Position numbers and translations under genes: made by a program
From: Mobula birostris
Lineage: Eukaryota
Direction of reading: 5' to 3'
Assembly: GCF_030028105.1 (NCBI RefSeq)
Contig: NC_092395.1
Coordinates: 43,552,459 to 43,616,458 of the forward strand
Length of the DNA stretch: 64,000 nucleotides
Shown here: positions 34,961 to 48,371 of the stretch, piece by piece
How the letters are laid out: each line of letters begins with the position of its first letter
Numbering within the stretch: the stretch's first letter is position 1
The notes under the pieces: generated by a model
What the model saw: only the letters and a program-made list of their open reading frames with translations
The model's database searches: none
What the model was told of the DNA's origin: nothing

Positions 34961-35460
34961 TATGGAGATTTTACAGTGGAAGGAAGATTCCTGATGAAGC
35001 ATCAGAACATGTTTGGGTTGAATGTATTCCATGAGGAACTGCTGCAATGATATCATACGACTGGGACGTTTGAAGTACAACAACCACAAAATTTTACACA
35101 GGTAAGATATGATTCCAGTCACTGGTGTGCTTTACTCATGATACCCCATTGATTTCAGTGTTACCAGAAGTTGATGGCATGATTGAGGATAACAGAACAG
35201 GCACCAATGGGGTTGCACTGTTGGGACCTTGCATGGACCCAATGGACTGAATGGCCTCATTATGCATTTTAATAAATTGCACCATAAGACCACAACACAT
35301 AGGAGCAGAAACAGGTCATTCAGCTCATCTACTCCGCCATTGCATTATGGCTGATTTATTAGCATCAGTAGTTCAATGCAATACATAAACTAGAAGAGAA
35401 AACCAAATAAATAAAATAATAATAATAATAAGTTAACAAGTAAATCAATTACAGTATATA

Positions 35461-36022
35461 TCTAACCGTCAGGCTTGGCCAGCATGTGTCTGTCTAGGGG
35501 AAAACAACTTCTGGCTCTGTCATACTGATAAATCTCGTTTGTGTGGATGCGACGTAATGTGTTGTCCGGTTACAAATCCGCACTGCAAAATATGAAACAG
35601 TACACAATATGTGATTAAGCGATTGACCTTTGTCATTCTTAATTTGACTATATGGTTGGGAAAGAAACACAAAAACAAAATGGGTCCATTCTCATGAAAC
35701 AATCTATTGTGCATTATTAGAGGTCACTATTCGTTCCTTTGTTCCCATTGACCTCCAAGCATAGCCTGCCTTTGGACCCACTCTCATCATTCCACTCCGA
35801 CCACTGGTCTTCCGACTCTCGCCATTCAGTCCTCTATCTCTCTGTCGCTCCGTGATGAAAAGACTGCGAGAAACACAAGAAAGAACAACATTTCTCCCAT
35901 TGGATTCCAAAGCCCTGTTATCTCTTGCCATAACCCAAGTATTGCTGTTACAGAGAAACCATTACCTCAGCAGTGGAACATTACATAGAAACCTTGACAG
36001 TGAAACCGTACAGCGCGTTACA
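35461..36022 (-). mobile_element. Solo LTR related to the PNMA-type Gypsy LTR (antisense)
   Basis: Minus strand starts tgtaacgcgctgtacggtttcactg...gtaatggtttctctgtaacagcaat...agagataacaggg, matching 50613-50710; left boundary approximate. Confidence 0.75.
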
Positions 36023-36170
36023 TACGTAGATTGAATAGATTAAAAAACATGCAAAAACAGAAATATTAAAAAAGTAAGGTAGTATCCAAGGGTTCAATGT
36101 CCATTTAGAAATCGGATGGCAGAGGGAAAAAAGCTGTTCCTGAATCGTTGACTGTGTGCCTTCATGCTTC

Positions 36171-36310
36171 TTAGGTTAGTAAGTTAACTGGTCATTGTAA
36201 ATTGTCCCATGATTAGGTTAGGGTTAAATCAGGGGTTGCTGGGCTACGTGGGTTGAAGAGCTGGAAGGGCCTTTTCCACGTTGTAGCTCTAAATTAATGC
36301 AAATCAGTAA
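36171..36310 (+). mobile_element. SINE 3' part (paralog of 17828-17960)
   Basis: taagttaactggtcattgtaaattgtccc...ggaagggccttttcc. Confidence 0.6.
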
Positions 36311-36344
36311 ACTAGGTAGACAGGTTTGTGTGTGTGTGCGTGTG

Positions 36345-37070
36345 CGTGATGAACCCTTCGGACCAGCGAGGGGCGTCAGGTAGCGGCAGGTCTTGATTCT
36401 TCTGAACATCATTTATTTGAGGTTATTGGATTTAGTTTAATGACTACTTTTATCATTAAGCAGACACTTTTTTTTGTGGGATGACTGTCATGTGAATATG
36501 GTTTCCTGGGCTTCTTATTCTTGGGCCTTTTTTTGATTTTGATTTTGACCCTCAAGGGTTGCTTGCGTATTATGTTCCATTTAAGTTTAGTCTGGACCGG
36601 CACTCATCGCTGAGTCCTGGATTTTCGTTCTGTGAGCTCTAGTCCTGAGTAAGTGAGCTCTTGGTTTGATTATTCTTTATATTATTCTCCAAATAAATCT
36701 TCATCATTAATTTCTTCTGTCTGCAGACTCCTGAGTTTACTCTGTACCCGGATCCGCTCATCTGAATATTATGACAGCAGGACTCAGCCAGTCATGGACA
36801 CAGTGGAGTTAGATGGCATGAACAGCATCTCCAATAAATACTTGCATCATTGAAGAAAGACTCTGGTTTCAATCACTCGCCTGTGTGTCCTGCTAAATGT
36901 TCCCAGAACTACCATGGAGAGTCAATTAATCTGCTGCCCTGGAGAGATACAAGGAGGACACTGAATCTTCCCACGAGTTCTTAAATCAATTCTCCATAGT
37001 CGTTGAGTTAGAACTTGCAGGGTTCCCTTCGGACAGGTATAAGGAGGCCTATATAATTTCCCTCCTCTCG
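36345..37070 (+). mobile_element. Family F sushi-type LTR (36345-36776) plus gag start, second copy
   Basis: Colinear with 17996-18700; retains the full PBS gcaggactcagc and a start atggacacag. Confidence 0.8.
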
Positions 37071-38830
37071 GGGGATGATTCTAACCACGTACATTCCAAC
37101 TTATTATATTAATCTGTTTAAATACCATACTATAATTTTATTCTACTTTATACATCCACAGAGCACATACCAATACGGGATGAACAAAAATGGCGGTGAA
37201 GAATACAACCACATAAAAAACACACATGCTCCGGAACCACCCAATGGGAAAAAAACTCCTAACTTTAAACCCACCTACCCACACCTGGAAGCCCGAAAAA
37301 GGCAAGCGATCTACGATAGAGTTCAAAGCCACTGACCGCTCTGTCTGTGTTTTCTTTTCCTCCCTCCAGTTAGTAAAAAAGTAGAGCGACCTTGTAAAAA
37401 AAACAATAAAGTCTCAGCAAAAAAAGGTATTTATATTCCAACGACTAATAAACAAGAAAGAACCAAAATAATGTTATCTCTTAGAGAGAAAAAAAAGCGC
37501 CATCTTTAAGTTTAATATCAATTCCCTAAAAAAGCTTTAAATTCAGTTATAAAACGTTATAATAAAATAGAAAAAATATATAAAAAGCCCTATTAGTAGG
37601 AAAAAAAACTACCAATTAGCTGATTAAAAAAAGAAACAAACCAAGTATTAAATTAAAGGAACAAATCCCCTTATCTTTTTCTCTCAGTCGAATATTCAAA
37701 TAATCATTTAGACAGACATACTTGAGCCATAAATCTTTCCAAAGGAAACCGAACAATATGCAATAATGAACAGCTCTCCTTGTCTTCTTTAATTAGTCTC
37801 TCAATGAAATATACAAATGACCTTCATAAATTTTCATTCCAAAATGCGACTAATATACAGACAGCCAAACAGCCTTTCAGATCGTTCATTCAGCAGCGGC
37901 GTCAGTAACAGCAGCGGGTATAGCCTGAACAAAGCCCAGTGCAGCTTTTGGACCAAAAAAAGTATGAGGAGGAGAATTAACAGGAAAAACTTTAATTCTT
38001 GTCGGATACCTCAAAGAAGGAAAAAGTTTTTTTTTATCATATGCTTGTTTCATTACCTCGGCAAATTTTGATCTTTGTTCCATTATCTCTCTTGGATAAT
38101 CTTCGTAAAAGCGGAGCTCAGATTCCATAAATCTAAAAACACTCTGTTTTATTGTCTGTCATATTATTTGATCTTTAATTTTAAAGTGATGAAAGCAAAC
38201 TAGAACAGATCTTGGTTTACTAGAATCCTTCAATTTCGAGATAAATGCCCCGTGTACCCTTTCTATAGCAGGCGGCTTTGATAGAATGGTAGGAAATAAA
38301 GTGTGGAAAAGCTTACCAAAGTAAGCAGTTAAATCTCCATCTTCAGCTCCTTCTTGCAGCCCAACAATTCGTATATTCTTTCGTCGAGACCTAGTTTCCA
38401 GATCTATAATCTTATTTTGATATCTTTCCAAACGAGTTGTAGCTTCAGACAACTTTTGCTTAGTTATCTTCAATTCCTCTTCATGTGTAATAACTTGAGT
38501 TTCCAGGTCTTTAAGTTTTCCCAGAAATGACTTCATTTCATTTCTATTCTTTTCCAATTGGTCTTTAATTGATCCATTCTCGTTCTTAATTGAATTCAAT
38601 GTCCAAGCGATATCTTCAGCCCGTGATGGTATTTCATCAGATCTTTCCTTTTGCACCTTTCCTATCCCATTACCTTTATCACTAGGTTCAGGTAAATTCT
38701 TCCCATTTCGTAGACATAGACATATTGTTCCCCCTCAAGAATCAGCAAGTAAAAATTTTAAATTCAAAGTTTAGACTAGGTGGAGAGAAAGAAAACCAAG
38801 AGCAGCACAAAAATACTGCTACTCCATTTG
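37071..38830 (-). mobile_element. Second L1 family: 5' UTR, ORF1 (frameshifted), spacer and only the first about 19 codons of ORF2
   Basis: ORF1 DLETRSRRKNIRIVGLQEG, IERVHG, LRFYEDY, SLRYPTRI; ORF2 ATG at 37128 reads MVFKQINIISWNVRG*NHP and then breaks off. Confidence 0.85.
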
Positions 38831-38849
38831 CAGAGAGGGGCCGTCCTCG

Positions 38850-40190
38850 AATATGGTTTCCTGTGCTTCTTGTTCTTGGGTGATTAGATTTTGATTTTCA
38901 CCGCATGGGTTTCTTGTGTTTTATGTTCCATTTCAGTTCATTCTGCACCAGTGCTCATTGCTGAGTCCTGGAGTTTCATTCTGTGAGCTCTAGTCCTGAG
39001 TAAGTGAGCTCTAGGTTTGATTATTCTTTATACTATTCTCCAAATAAATCTTCATCATTAATTTCTTCTATCTGCAGAGTCCTGAGTTTACCCTGTACTC
39101 TCGTCCGCTCGTCTGAATATTATGACAGCAGGACACAACGGGGATTGACGGCATGAACAGCATCTCCATGAAATACTTGCATCATTGCAGAAGGTCTCCG
39201 GCTTCATACACTCGCTTGTGTGTCCTGCAACGTGTTCCCAGAACTACCATGGAGAGTCAATTAATCTGCTGCCCTGGAGCGATACAATAAGGACACTGAA
39301 TTTTCCCGCGAGTTCTTTAATCAGTGCTCCCTTGTCTTTGAGTTAGAACTTTCAGGGTTCCCTTCAGACAGGTGTAAGGAGGCTATATAATTTCACTCAA
39401 CTCGAGCAGAGCCCTTTCATGGGCAACGGCTTTATGGGAGAAGGATGCTGCTGTGTATTCTGATATAAAGCTATTTCTAAGCATGATGAGGAGAATATTC
39501 TGTCATCCTGCTGGGGCACCAGAAGGAGCCAGCAGTCTCCTACAGCTACATCAGGGAGTGTGGCATTTATGGACATGACCATAAGAACTGACAATCATAT
39601 TTCTGGAAGAAGGCTGGAGAGAGGTGGCGAGTTCACCTGGAAGGCTGGTTCTCAGAAATACCCGATGTCTACACAGGTTCCTCAATCAGATAGCCAAAGC
39701 AGATCCCCACGGTAATCTCTGGAAAATCCCATGTAAACTGCAAGAACTCTGGTCTCCCCAGCAGAGCGAGAAGCATGTATGAGGCAGAGGGATTTCTGGT
39801 ACTGTGGTAAATCTAGCCACTTCTGAGTCACCTTCCACAGGTTGTTGGGAAAACTTCAAAGACTGGTCCAGTGAGTGGAAAACTCTTAAAGTTAGTCTCA
39901 AGAGACTCTTCTGTTTTGTCAAGTTCTGGAGTGGTTTTACTATTCCTGTTATCTTGGGGGAGACATCAACATTCTGTGAGATCCTTGGCTCATCAGGGGA
40001 TATGTTGGACATCAGACTGGCTGAGAGAATCCAAGTTCCTAAGGTACGCCTCTACAATCCTATCTGTGCTACGGCCCTGGATGGTAGACTGTTGGAATAT
40101 GGACTTATCCTTCATCTCCCCATCCTCTCAAGTTGACTATTGGAAGTCATGTGGATCTAATTCATTTCCATCTTATTCAATCTCCAAACA
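38850..40190 (+). mobile_element. Family F partial LTR, gag and pol start, third copy
   Basis: Colinear with 18150-20440 minus the solo LTR; LTR end atgaca at 39127. Confidence 0.8.
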
Positions 40191-40199
40191 TCCCGCTAA

Positions 40200-42300
40200 T
40201 AAGACCATAAGATATAGAAGAAAAGTAAGGCCATTTGGCCCATCAATTCTACTCCACCATTTCATCATGATGGATCCTTTTTCCTTCTCAGTCCCAATCT
40301 CCTTTCCTCTCTTTGTATCCTTTCATGTCCTGACTGATCAAGAATCTAATCACCTCTGCCTTAAATATACCCACTGATGTGGCCTCCACACTCACCTGTG
40401 GCAATGAATTCCACAGATTTACCACTCTCTGGCTGAAGAAATTCCTCCTAATCTCCATTCTAAAATGGTGCCTCTATTTTGAGGCTGTGCCCTCTGGTCT
40501 GTCCTCCCCACCACAGGGAACATCCTCTCCACATCCTCTCTATGGAGGATTTTCAACAATCATTTGCTTTCAATGAAGTCACCCCTCATTCTTTTGAATT
40601 CCAGTGAGCAGAGGCCCAGAGTCATAAAATGCTCGATAAGCTTTTCAATCCGGGAATCATTAATGTGAACCTCCTTTGAACCCTCTTCAATATCAGCACA
40701 TCCGTTCTTAGATAAGGGGCCCAAAACTGCTCACAGTACTCACCTGTGCTTTATAAAGCCTTTGCATTACTTTCCTGTTTTTGTATTCTAACCCTCTTGA
40801 AATGGATGCTAACACTGCATTTGTCTTCTTCACTGCTGACCCAACTTGCAAATTAAACTTTAGGGAATCCTGCAGAAAGACTCCCAAGTCCTTTTGCACT
40901 TCAGATTTTTAAAGTTTCTCTCCATTTAGAAAAGCCCTCCCCTTTATTTTTTTGACCAACAGGCATGACCAGACACTTCCTGACACTGTACTCCATCTGC
41001 CACTTTGCCCATTCTCCTAATCTCTCTAAGTCCTTCTGTAGGCTCTCCACTTGCTCAGAACTACCTGTTCTCCACCTATTTTCATATTGTTCACAAACCT
41101 GGGCGCAAAACCATCAATTCCAGCATCCAAGTCATTGGCATATAAAGTAAAAAGAAGCGATTCCAATGCAGACTCCTCTGGAACAGCACGAGTCACAAGC
41201 AGCCGACCAGAAAAGGCTCCCTTCATTTTCCCATCTTTGCCTCCTGGCAATCAGCCAATGCTCCATCCATGCTAGTATCTTTCTTGTCATATCATGGCTC
41301 TTAACCTGTTAAACGACCTCATGTGCGTCATCTTGTCAAAGGCCTTCTGGAAATCCAAGTGCACAACATCCAATTCTCCTTTGTCTAACCTGCTTGTTAT
41401 GTCTTCAAAGAATTCCAAGAGAATTGTCAGGTCAAGTTTTCTCTTAAGGAAACAATGCTAAGGCCTATTTTATCACATGACTGCAAGTACCCCCAAGTCA
41501 CCTCTTTAGCAAACGACTCCAACATCTTCCCAATCACTGAGGTCAGACAAACCAGCCAATATTTTCCTTTCTTTTCCCTCTCTCCCTTCTTGAAGAGTGG
41601 AATGACATTTGCAATTTTCCATTCCTGTGGTACCATACCAGAAACATTTGATTCTTGGAAGATCACTATTAATGCCTCTAAGTCTCTTCAGCCACCTCTT
41701 TCAGAACCCTGGGGTGTTCCCAAAAATCTTCTCCCTACTAATGGCAACTTTACACACTTCTGCCGCATGACTCACATGAAGTTCCTGCACACTGCTGGTG
41801 TCTTCCACAGTGAAGACTGATGCAAAACACTTACTCAGTTCATCTGCTATTTCCTTGTCCCTCATTACTACCTCTCCAGCATCATTTTTCAGAGTCCAAT
41901 ATCTTCTGTTGCCTTTCTTTTGCACTTTATGTATCAAAAGAACCTTTTGATATACTCTTTAATATTATTGGCTAGCTTACCTTCGTATTCCAATTTTTCT
42001 TTCTTTGTGACCTTTTAGTTGCCTTCTGTTGGTTTTAAAAAGTTTCCCAATCCTCTAACTTCCCACTAATTTTTGCTCTACTATATGCCCTCTGTTTGGC
42101 TTTTATGTTGGCTTTGACTTTTTTGTCAGCCACGGTTGTGTCATCCTGCCTTTTGAAAGCTTCTTCCTCTTTGGGATGTATTTATCCTGCACCTTCAAAC
42201 TGCTCCCAGAAAGTCCATCCATTGCTACTTTGCTGTTATCACTGCCAGTGTCTTCTCCTATCAATTTTGGCCAGCTCCTCTCTCATGCCTCTGTAATTCC
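40200..42300 (-). mobile_element. CR1 fragments (antisense), paralog of 20450-23900
   Basis: ORFs 41427-41666 and 41701-41937 (PQEWKIANVIPLFKKG, FASVFTVED). Confidence 0.85.
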
Positions 42301-42882
42301 CTTCACTCCACTGTAATACAGGTACATAAATAAATAAACAGATATATAGATAAGTAAGTTACTGAATAAACAAACAAATAAATAAATAAATATATAAATA
42401 GACAGATAATGGGTAACAGTGCTATGGCCCCACCTCTATATCATAAAGGTAACAGTGCATTTCTCAGCAGACAGAGTTCCAGGAAACAAACTCACCCACC
42501 CAACCAGATTTCTTTACTTTAAGCAATGAGGGATGTGATGTCAGTACAGAACATTCCAGTGGGGAATTCACATTCAAATATTATCATTCTTCCTCCAAAC
42601 TCTTAATGATCCCACTCTACCTTGTCTGTACTGACCTCATTACAATTCACACAAGTATCACTGGAAATATGGGTTTGGTAAAGTTAATGAATTGCTTATC
42701 TTAAACAGAAAACCTGCCAACTCAGTCTTGCTTTAGGTTCTAGCGAAGAAAGACAGAAAATATTACACAAGTGAGGAACATGCTTGATTTGAAATTGACA
42801 AACTCATGAATTGTAAGCATATTTCAATAGATACATATTTAATGAAGGAAGGTCTTAAATACCCTGCGTATGACCATGGTAA

Positions 42883-43838
42883 TGTCAAGGTCCGGTCCAC
42901 AAAGTCCGTATTCTGGTTCACGGTCCGGTCCATGGCTCCTTATTCCAGGGTTTCTGGTTTTCCCCAGTTTCTGTTGTAGGCACCTGCTGGACTGTCCTGT
43001 TCCCCTCCCTGACTTTTCCCCTCCCGCCTGACTCTCTGCCTGCATACCTCGCCTGCACCACTGTCTAGTTCAATTGCCAATGCAGAGATGGAACTGTCTG
43101 TCATTCTTCGGTGTTTGTTTCTTCTTGTCCTCGCCTCCGTGGGGTAAGTCAGGCTGTTCTGCTGTTGCCCTATGGGGGGATCTGTCTTGTCTTGTCTTTG
43201 CCTCTGTTGGGTAAGTCCAGCCATTCTGTCATTACCCAATAGATGGTCCTGTCCCACCTTGGTGTGGAAATGAATTTGAGTCCCGGCTCTATGTCTATGT
43301 ACTGTCCTGTCTTATGTTGGTGTCGTGTTAAAGATGAGTCCCGGCTTTTCGAAGGCTAAGTCCCAACTCCATGTTGATGTATAGCTCCCAGTCTGTTCCA
43401 GGACCCCAGCCTGCAGCCTCAAGACACAAGACCCCAGCCTGTAGCCTCAAGACCCGACCCAGCCTGCAGCCTCAAGATCCAAGACCCCAGCCTGCAGCCT
43501 CAAGCCTCAAGACCCCAAGCCTGTCTCCAAGCCTCAAGCCTCAAGACCCCAAGCCTGTCTCCAAGCCTCAAGCCCCAAGACCCCAGCCACCAGTCCTGCA
43601 GTCATGTCATGCCCTTGCCTAGTTCTGGGGCCTGAGCCCAAGGCAAGACCCAGGTTCTGGGTCCTTGTCCAGTCTCTGGCTCGGGGTTCAAGCCCATGCT
43701 CCTAATTCATAGTTCCTTGTCCGGTTTCCCTGTTTCTTGTCTATGACCTAGTCCAAATTCTGCATCCTTGTCCTGTTCCTAGTACTTCAGTGTCTGTGTC
43801 TTGCATTTGGGTCTGTTCCCAATGCCACCGTTGTGACT
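42883..43838 (+). mobile_element. Solo LTR, family H (956 bp), 5-bp TSD GGTAA
   Basis: TGTCA...TGAC(T); GGTAA at 42878-42882 and 43839-43843; empty site gaccatgctaaatatgg at 24440-24456. Confidence 0.9.
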
Positions 43839-45954
43839 GGTAAATATGGAACATTATACAGTTATCCCATTCTCGGTTGTGTTTGATACAAATTAAGCAA
43901 AGTTTTTCTTTCTCGATGGCCAGAATGGGCCAAAATTCAATCTTCTGAAATAGTTCACATGTTGTACAGTACTACTTGGATGTTGATGAAACTTTGGATG
44001 AAAATTACTCAAAAACAACCTTATCTTTCCGGTTGGGAACAGGAAGAGTGGCTGCCCTTCACATGGTGACCTTGTTTAGGTCCAACATTTAACCTATGGA
44101 CATGGCCACGTTGTGGTTTTTCAGACCCAGAGATCCAGGAACCAAAACCTCGCCGCATCTCTGTCATTTCTTAGACATGCCCAGGTTTAACTCGAATAAG
44201 GACATACAGGAAATAGCCTCAGATAACAATTCTATATTGGTTGTTACTGAGAAGAATAAATGTATATCCACAATTTATACTTGTGTTTGTGTGATCCAAA
44301 TTTTTCTCTTTCTCTGAGGACATCAGGAGCATCTGACTCAGTGAGAAATCTTCCCATGGGAATCAGAACAGTGAATGTGGGCAGACAAGGGCAAGTGAAC
44401 ACATCTGGCTGAATGCTGCCCTCTTCAAACAGCCAGCAATCAGGGTCACTGATAGCGAGCAGGAGTGTGGACATCCTGGCTGAGGTTTAACCTGAAATCC
44501 TGAGCAGGGACTTCGTTTGTAGTAACTGCATTCTCCTTGGAAGGTCAATTGAGTCATTTTGGAAGAGGAATCTAAATGTGTACATTGTTGGTCTGTACGT
44601 CTCCATAAATGATTATTGCATAGACACATTCTATTATAATAAATCTATCCATACACTGACTGCTGTGGTCAATGACATACATCTCCCTTGAATCCTTTGC
44701 CCCAGTTATTGCATTCAGTTCTGGGCATCCCGTTGTAGGAAGGACATGGAGGCTTTAGAGGGGGTGCAGAAGAGGTTTACCAGGACGCTGCCTAAAGTTG
44801 AGGATGGGTGCTATTAGGAGGGATTGCATAAATATATTTTTCCATAGTCAGATTGTCTGATACTAGAGGGTCTGCATTTATGGTGAGAGGGATAAGTTCA
44901 AAGGAGATTTGCAGAGATTATGTTTACACGAAGAGTGGTGAGTTCCTTGGATGCACTGCTAGAGTTGTAGTGGAGGCAAATATGATAAAAGGCATTTAAG
45001 AGGGTCTTAAGTCGGCACAAGAGTGTGCAGAGAAGGAAGGCATATGAACATTGTGTTGGGAGAAAAGTATTGTTTAGTTAGGCATTAATTAATCTTGTGG
45101 CTCAGTATTGCTCGGTCATGTGCAATCTTCCAGTCAGTGATGTGTCATGAATGCTAGTAGGTAAATTTCCACGTGAATATTGATTTAGATGAAGTCGATC
45201 ACTCAGCCCTATGAGCCCACTTTGATATTCAATAATGTTATGGCTGATCTGATTGAAATCTTAATGTCCCAGTACTCCATGTTCCAGGTAACCTTTCACC
45301 CCCTTCCTGATTTGAAAGTATCAGTTGGTTTTGCTTCGAAAGCCCCTTGAGAAAAAAAAGTTACAAAGGTTTATGACCCTCTGAGAGAGAAACAAAATTA
45401 TCTTCACATCTGTCCTAAATGGACAGCCCCTGAATTTTAAACCTGGTTTTAGATTGCCTACAAGACATAACGTCCTGCCCATAGCCACCCTGTCAAGACC
45501 CCTCAGCAGCTGATGAACCAATCAATTTCCCTCTCAGTCTTCATTACCCCAGCGGATACAAGCCTCACCTTCCCTCACAAGATGAGTGAATCCAGTAAAA
45601 GGGGTGAAAGGAGAGAAAAAGCAAGGTTCCTCCTTCCAGTTGCAAAACTATTGGAGAGGAATCTTAGCCATTGGATTTGGTTGTATTTGGAAAAGTAAGG
45701 GCTTTCAGGTAATAGTAACAATCAGGATGGTTTAGTGCAAGGGGGATCATGCCTTACAGGATAGACTGAGGTGTCTGGTGAGGTGACAAAGATGATTTAC
45801 GAGGGGAGAGCAGTAAATGTGGTTTACATAAATTTTTGGAAGGAATTTGATGAGCTCCTTCAGTGTAGCCTGATGCAGAAGATTAATTCACATTAAATCC
45901 ATGATGACTTGGGGACTGGTTTTAAAATGAGTTTGCGATAAAGGACGGAATGTA

Positions 45955-47720
45955 ATAGTGGAGGGGCAATATCCAAATTGAGGACAATGGCCATTGGTGT
46001 TCTACAGGTATCGGTGCTGCGACCTCTGTTTTTTTTTTTGCGATGGATAGCAAATGACTCGGATGAACATACAGAGCGGCTGCTTAGTAGGCTTGCAGGT
46101 GGCAAAGGGAATTCAAACAGTGTTTGCGGTATACTAGATGTAATCTCACCAGTGCTCCTTTCAAAAGAAGCACAGAATGCTGAATTCAGATAAGCTACCT
46201 GGACCTGAATGACAAGCCACCTGATCCAGATGGACTACACCACAGGGTTCTGAAAGAGGTACCTTAGAGATTGTGGAGGCATTAGTAGTCATTTTTTCAA
46301 GAATGATTAGATTCTGGGATGGTTTTGGAGGACTGGAAAATTGAAAATGTCACTCTACTATTTCGGAGTGGAGGGATGCAAAAGACAGGAAATTATAAGC
46401 CAGTTAGTCTGCCTTTGGTAGTTGACAAGATGTCAATGTCCATTCTTCAGGGTGAGGTTTTGGGGTACTTGGAGACACGTGATGGAACAGGCCAAAGTTA
46501 GCCTGGTTTCCTAAAAGAATAGTCTTGCCTGCAAAATCTGTTGGAATTCTTAGAGGAAATAACAGCAGGATTGACAAAGGAGAGTCAGTGCATGTTTTTT
46601 ACTTGGATTTTCAGAGGCCGTCGATGAGAACACATGGATAGAAGATTGGCTGACTGACAGGAGGCAGAGTGTCGGAATAAAGAGGGCTGTTCGTAGCTGA
46701 CTGCAATGACTACTGCTGTTCTGCAGGGGTCAGTGTTGGGACCACTTCTTTTCCATTTCTATATTAATGACTTAGATGATGAAATTGATAGTTTTATGGG
46801 CATGTTTGTGGACGATACAAAGATAGGTGGAGGGGCAGGATTTGTTGAAGAAGCAGGGAATATGCAGAAGGGTATTGACAAATTAGGAAAATGGTCAAAG
46901 AAATGAGAGATGGAAGACATAGGGAAGTGTATGGCCATGCACTTTGGGGGAAGGAATAAAGGTTTCGTCTACTTTCTTAACAGGGGAAAAATCTCAGAAA
47001 TCAGAGGTACAAAGGCACTTCGGAGTCATTGTGCAGAGTTCCCTGACTTGCAGGGCGAGTCAGTAGTACAGTAGGCAAATGCAATTTTAGCATTCGCTTT
47101 GAGAGGATACTATATTAAAACAAGGATGTAATGTTGAGGCTTTACAAGGTATTAGTCAGACTAGACAAGGAGTACTGTGAGACGTTTCAGTCCCCTTATC
47201 TGGAAAAGGACGTACTGACATTGTAGAAGAGGTTCACGAGAGTGATCACTGGAATGAAAAGGTTCAGATATGATGACTGTTTGATGGCTCTGGACATGTA
47301 CTCACTGGAGTTCAGAAGAATGAAGAGGGGACCTGATTGAATATCGAAAGCTGAATTGGAGTGGATGTGGAGAGCATGTTTCTAATATTTGGAGAATATA
47401 GGGCAAGGGAGCAGAGCCTCAGAATACGAGGATGTCCCTTTAGAACACAGATGAAAAGGAAGTTCTTTAGGTGATGAATCTGTTGAAATTTTTGCCACAG
47501 GCAGCTGTGGAGGCCATCTCAATGGGTTTACTTAAAACAGAGGTTGATATGTTCTTGATTTGTAAGGGTCACAAACATATGGGGAGAAAGCAGGAGTATG
47601 GGGTTCAGGATAATAAATCAACCATGAATCAATGGGGTTGAATAAGATATTAACTCAAATATGACAGATCAGTCTCGATGGGTCAAATGGCCTAATTCTG
47701 CTCCTATGTCTTATGGTCTT
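45955..47720 (+). mobile_element. CR1 fragments (duplication unit 3)
   Basis: LQGSVLGPLLF.FYINDLDD, FVDDTKIGG; colinear with 17236-17765 and 33540-34960. Confidence 0.8.
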
Positions 47721-48371
47721 ATGGAGCTCTTACAGAGGAAAGAAGATTCCTGATGAAGCAGCAGAACATACTTGAGTTGAATGTATTCCATGAGGAACTA
47801 CTGTAGTGATATCATGGGACTGGGGCATTTGAAGTACAACAACCATAACATCTTTCTTCAGGTGAGATATGACTCCAGTCACTAGTGTGCTTTACTCATG
47901 ATACCCTATTGACTTCAGTGTAACCAGTACTGTCACAACCATGGATTCAGCAGCAAGATAGATACGGCAATGGTGCTTGTGAATTTGCACGTGTCAGCTA
48001 ATTATTTAATCGTGATAGTATTTAACACCATACTTGTCGACGTAGTGCTTGTTGAGACTTGGACAGAGAACAGCAATGCTTCGCTGTCTGTTTTGCTTTC
48101 GGCCTTTCCCTGGACAATTGGACTTTTGAGTCAACTGACTTTGAAGACTGGTGATATTCGTTTAATGTTGAGATTTTCTTTTCAGCCGCAGTGTAGTCTT
48201 TGGTTCCCATTTGAGAGTTTTCGTGAACGGCCCTGTGTGGCCTAGCGTTTATTGTTTATTTTCCCTTAAACACTGTTCGCAATAAAGTTTGTGAACTATT
48301 GACCTGCTTCAGTGTCTCTCACTCCGCACTTGGGCCATATCCGAACCTGGTAACAGCAAGTCTCGACAGAG

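Noticed and set aside
3856-36304. Octamer ATGCAAAT at 3856, 7925 and 36297
   Set aside because: Inside LTR or SINE sequence with no adjacent V leader; about two 8-mer hits are expected by chance in 64 kb, and two of these are LTR duplicates.
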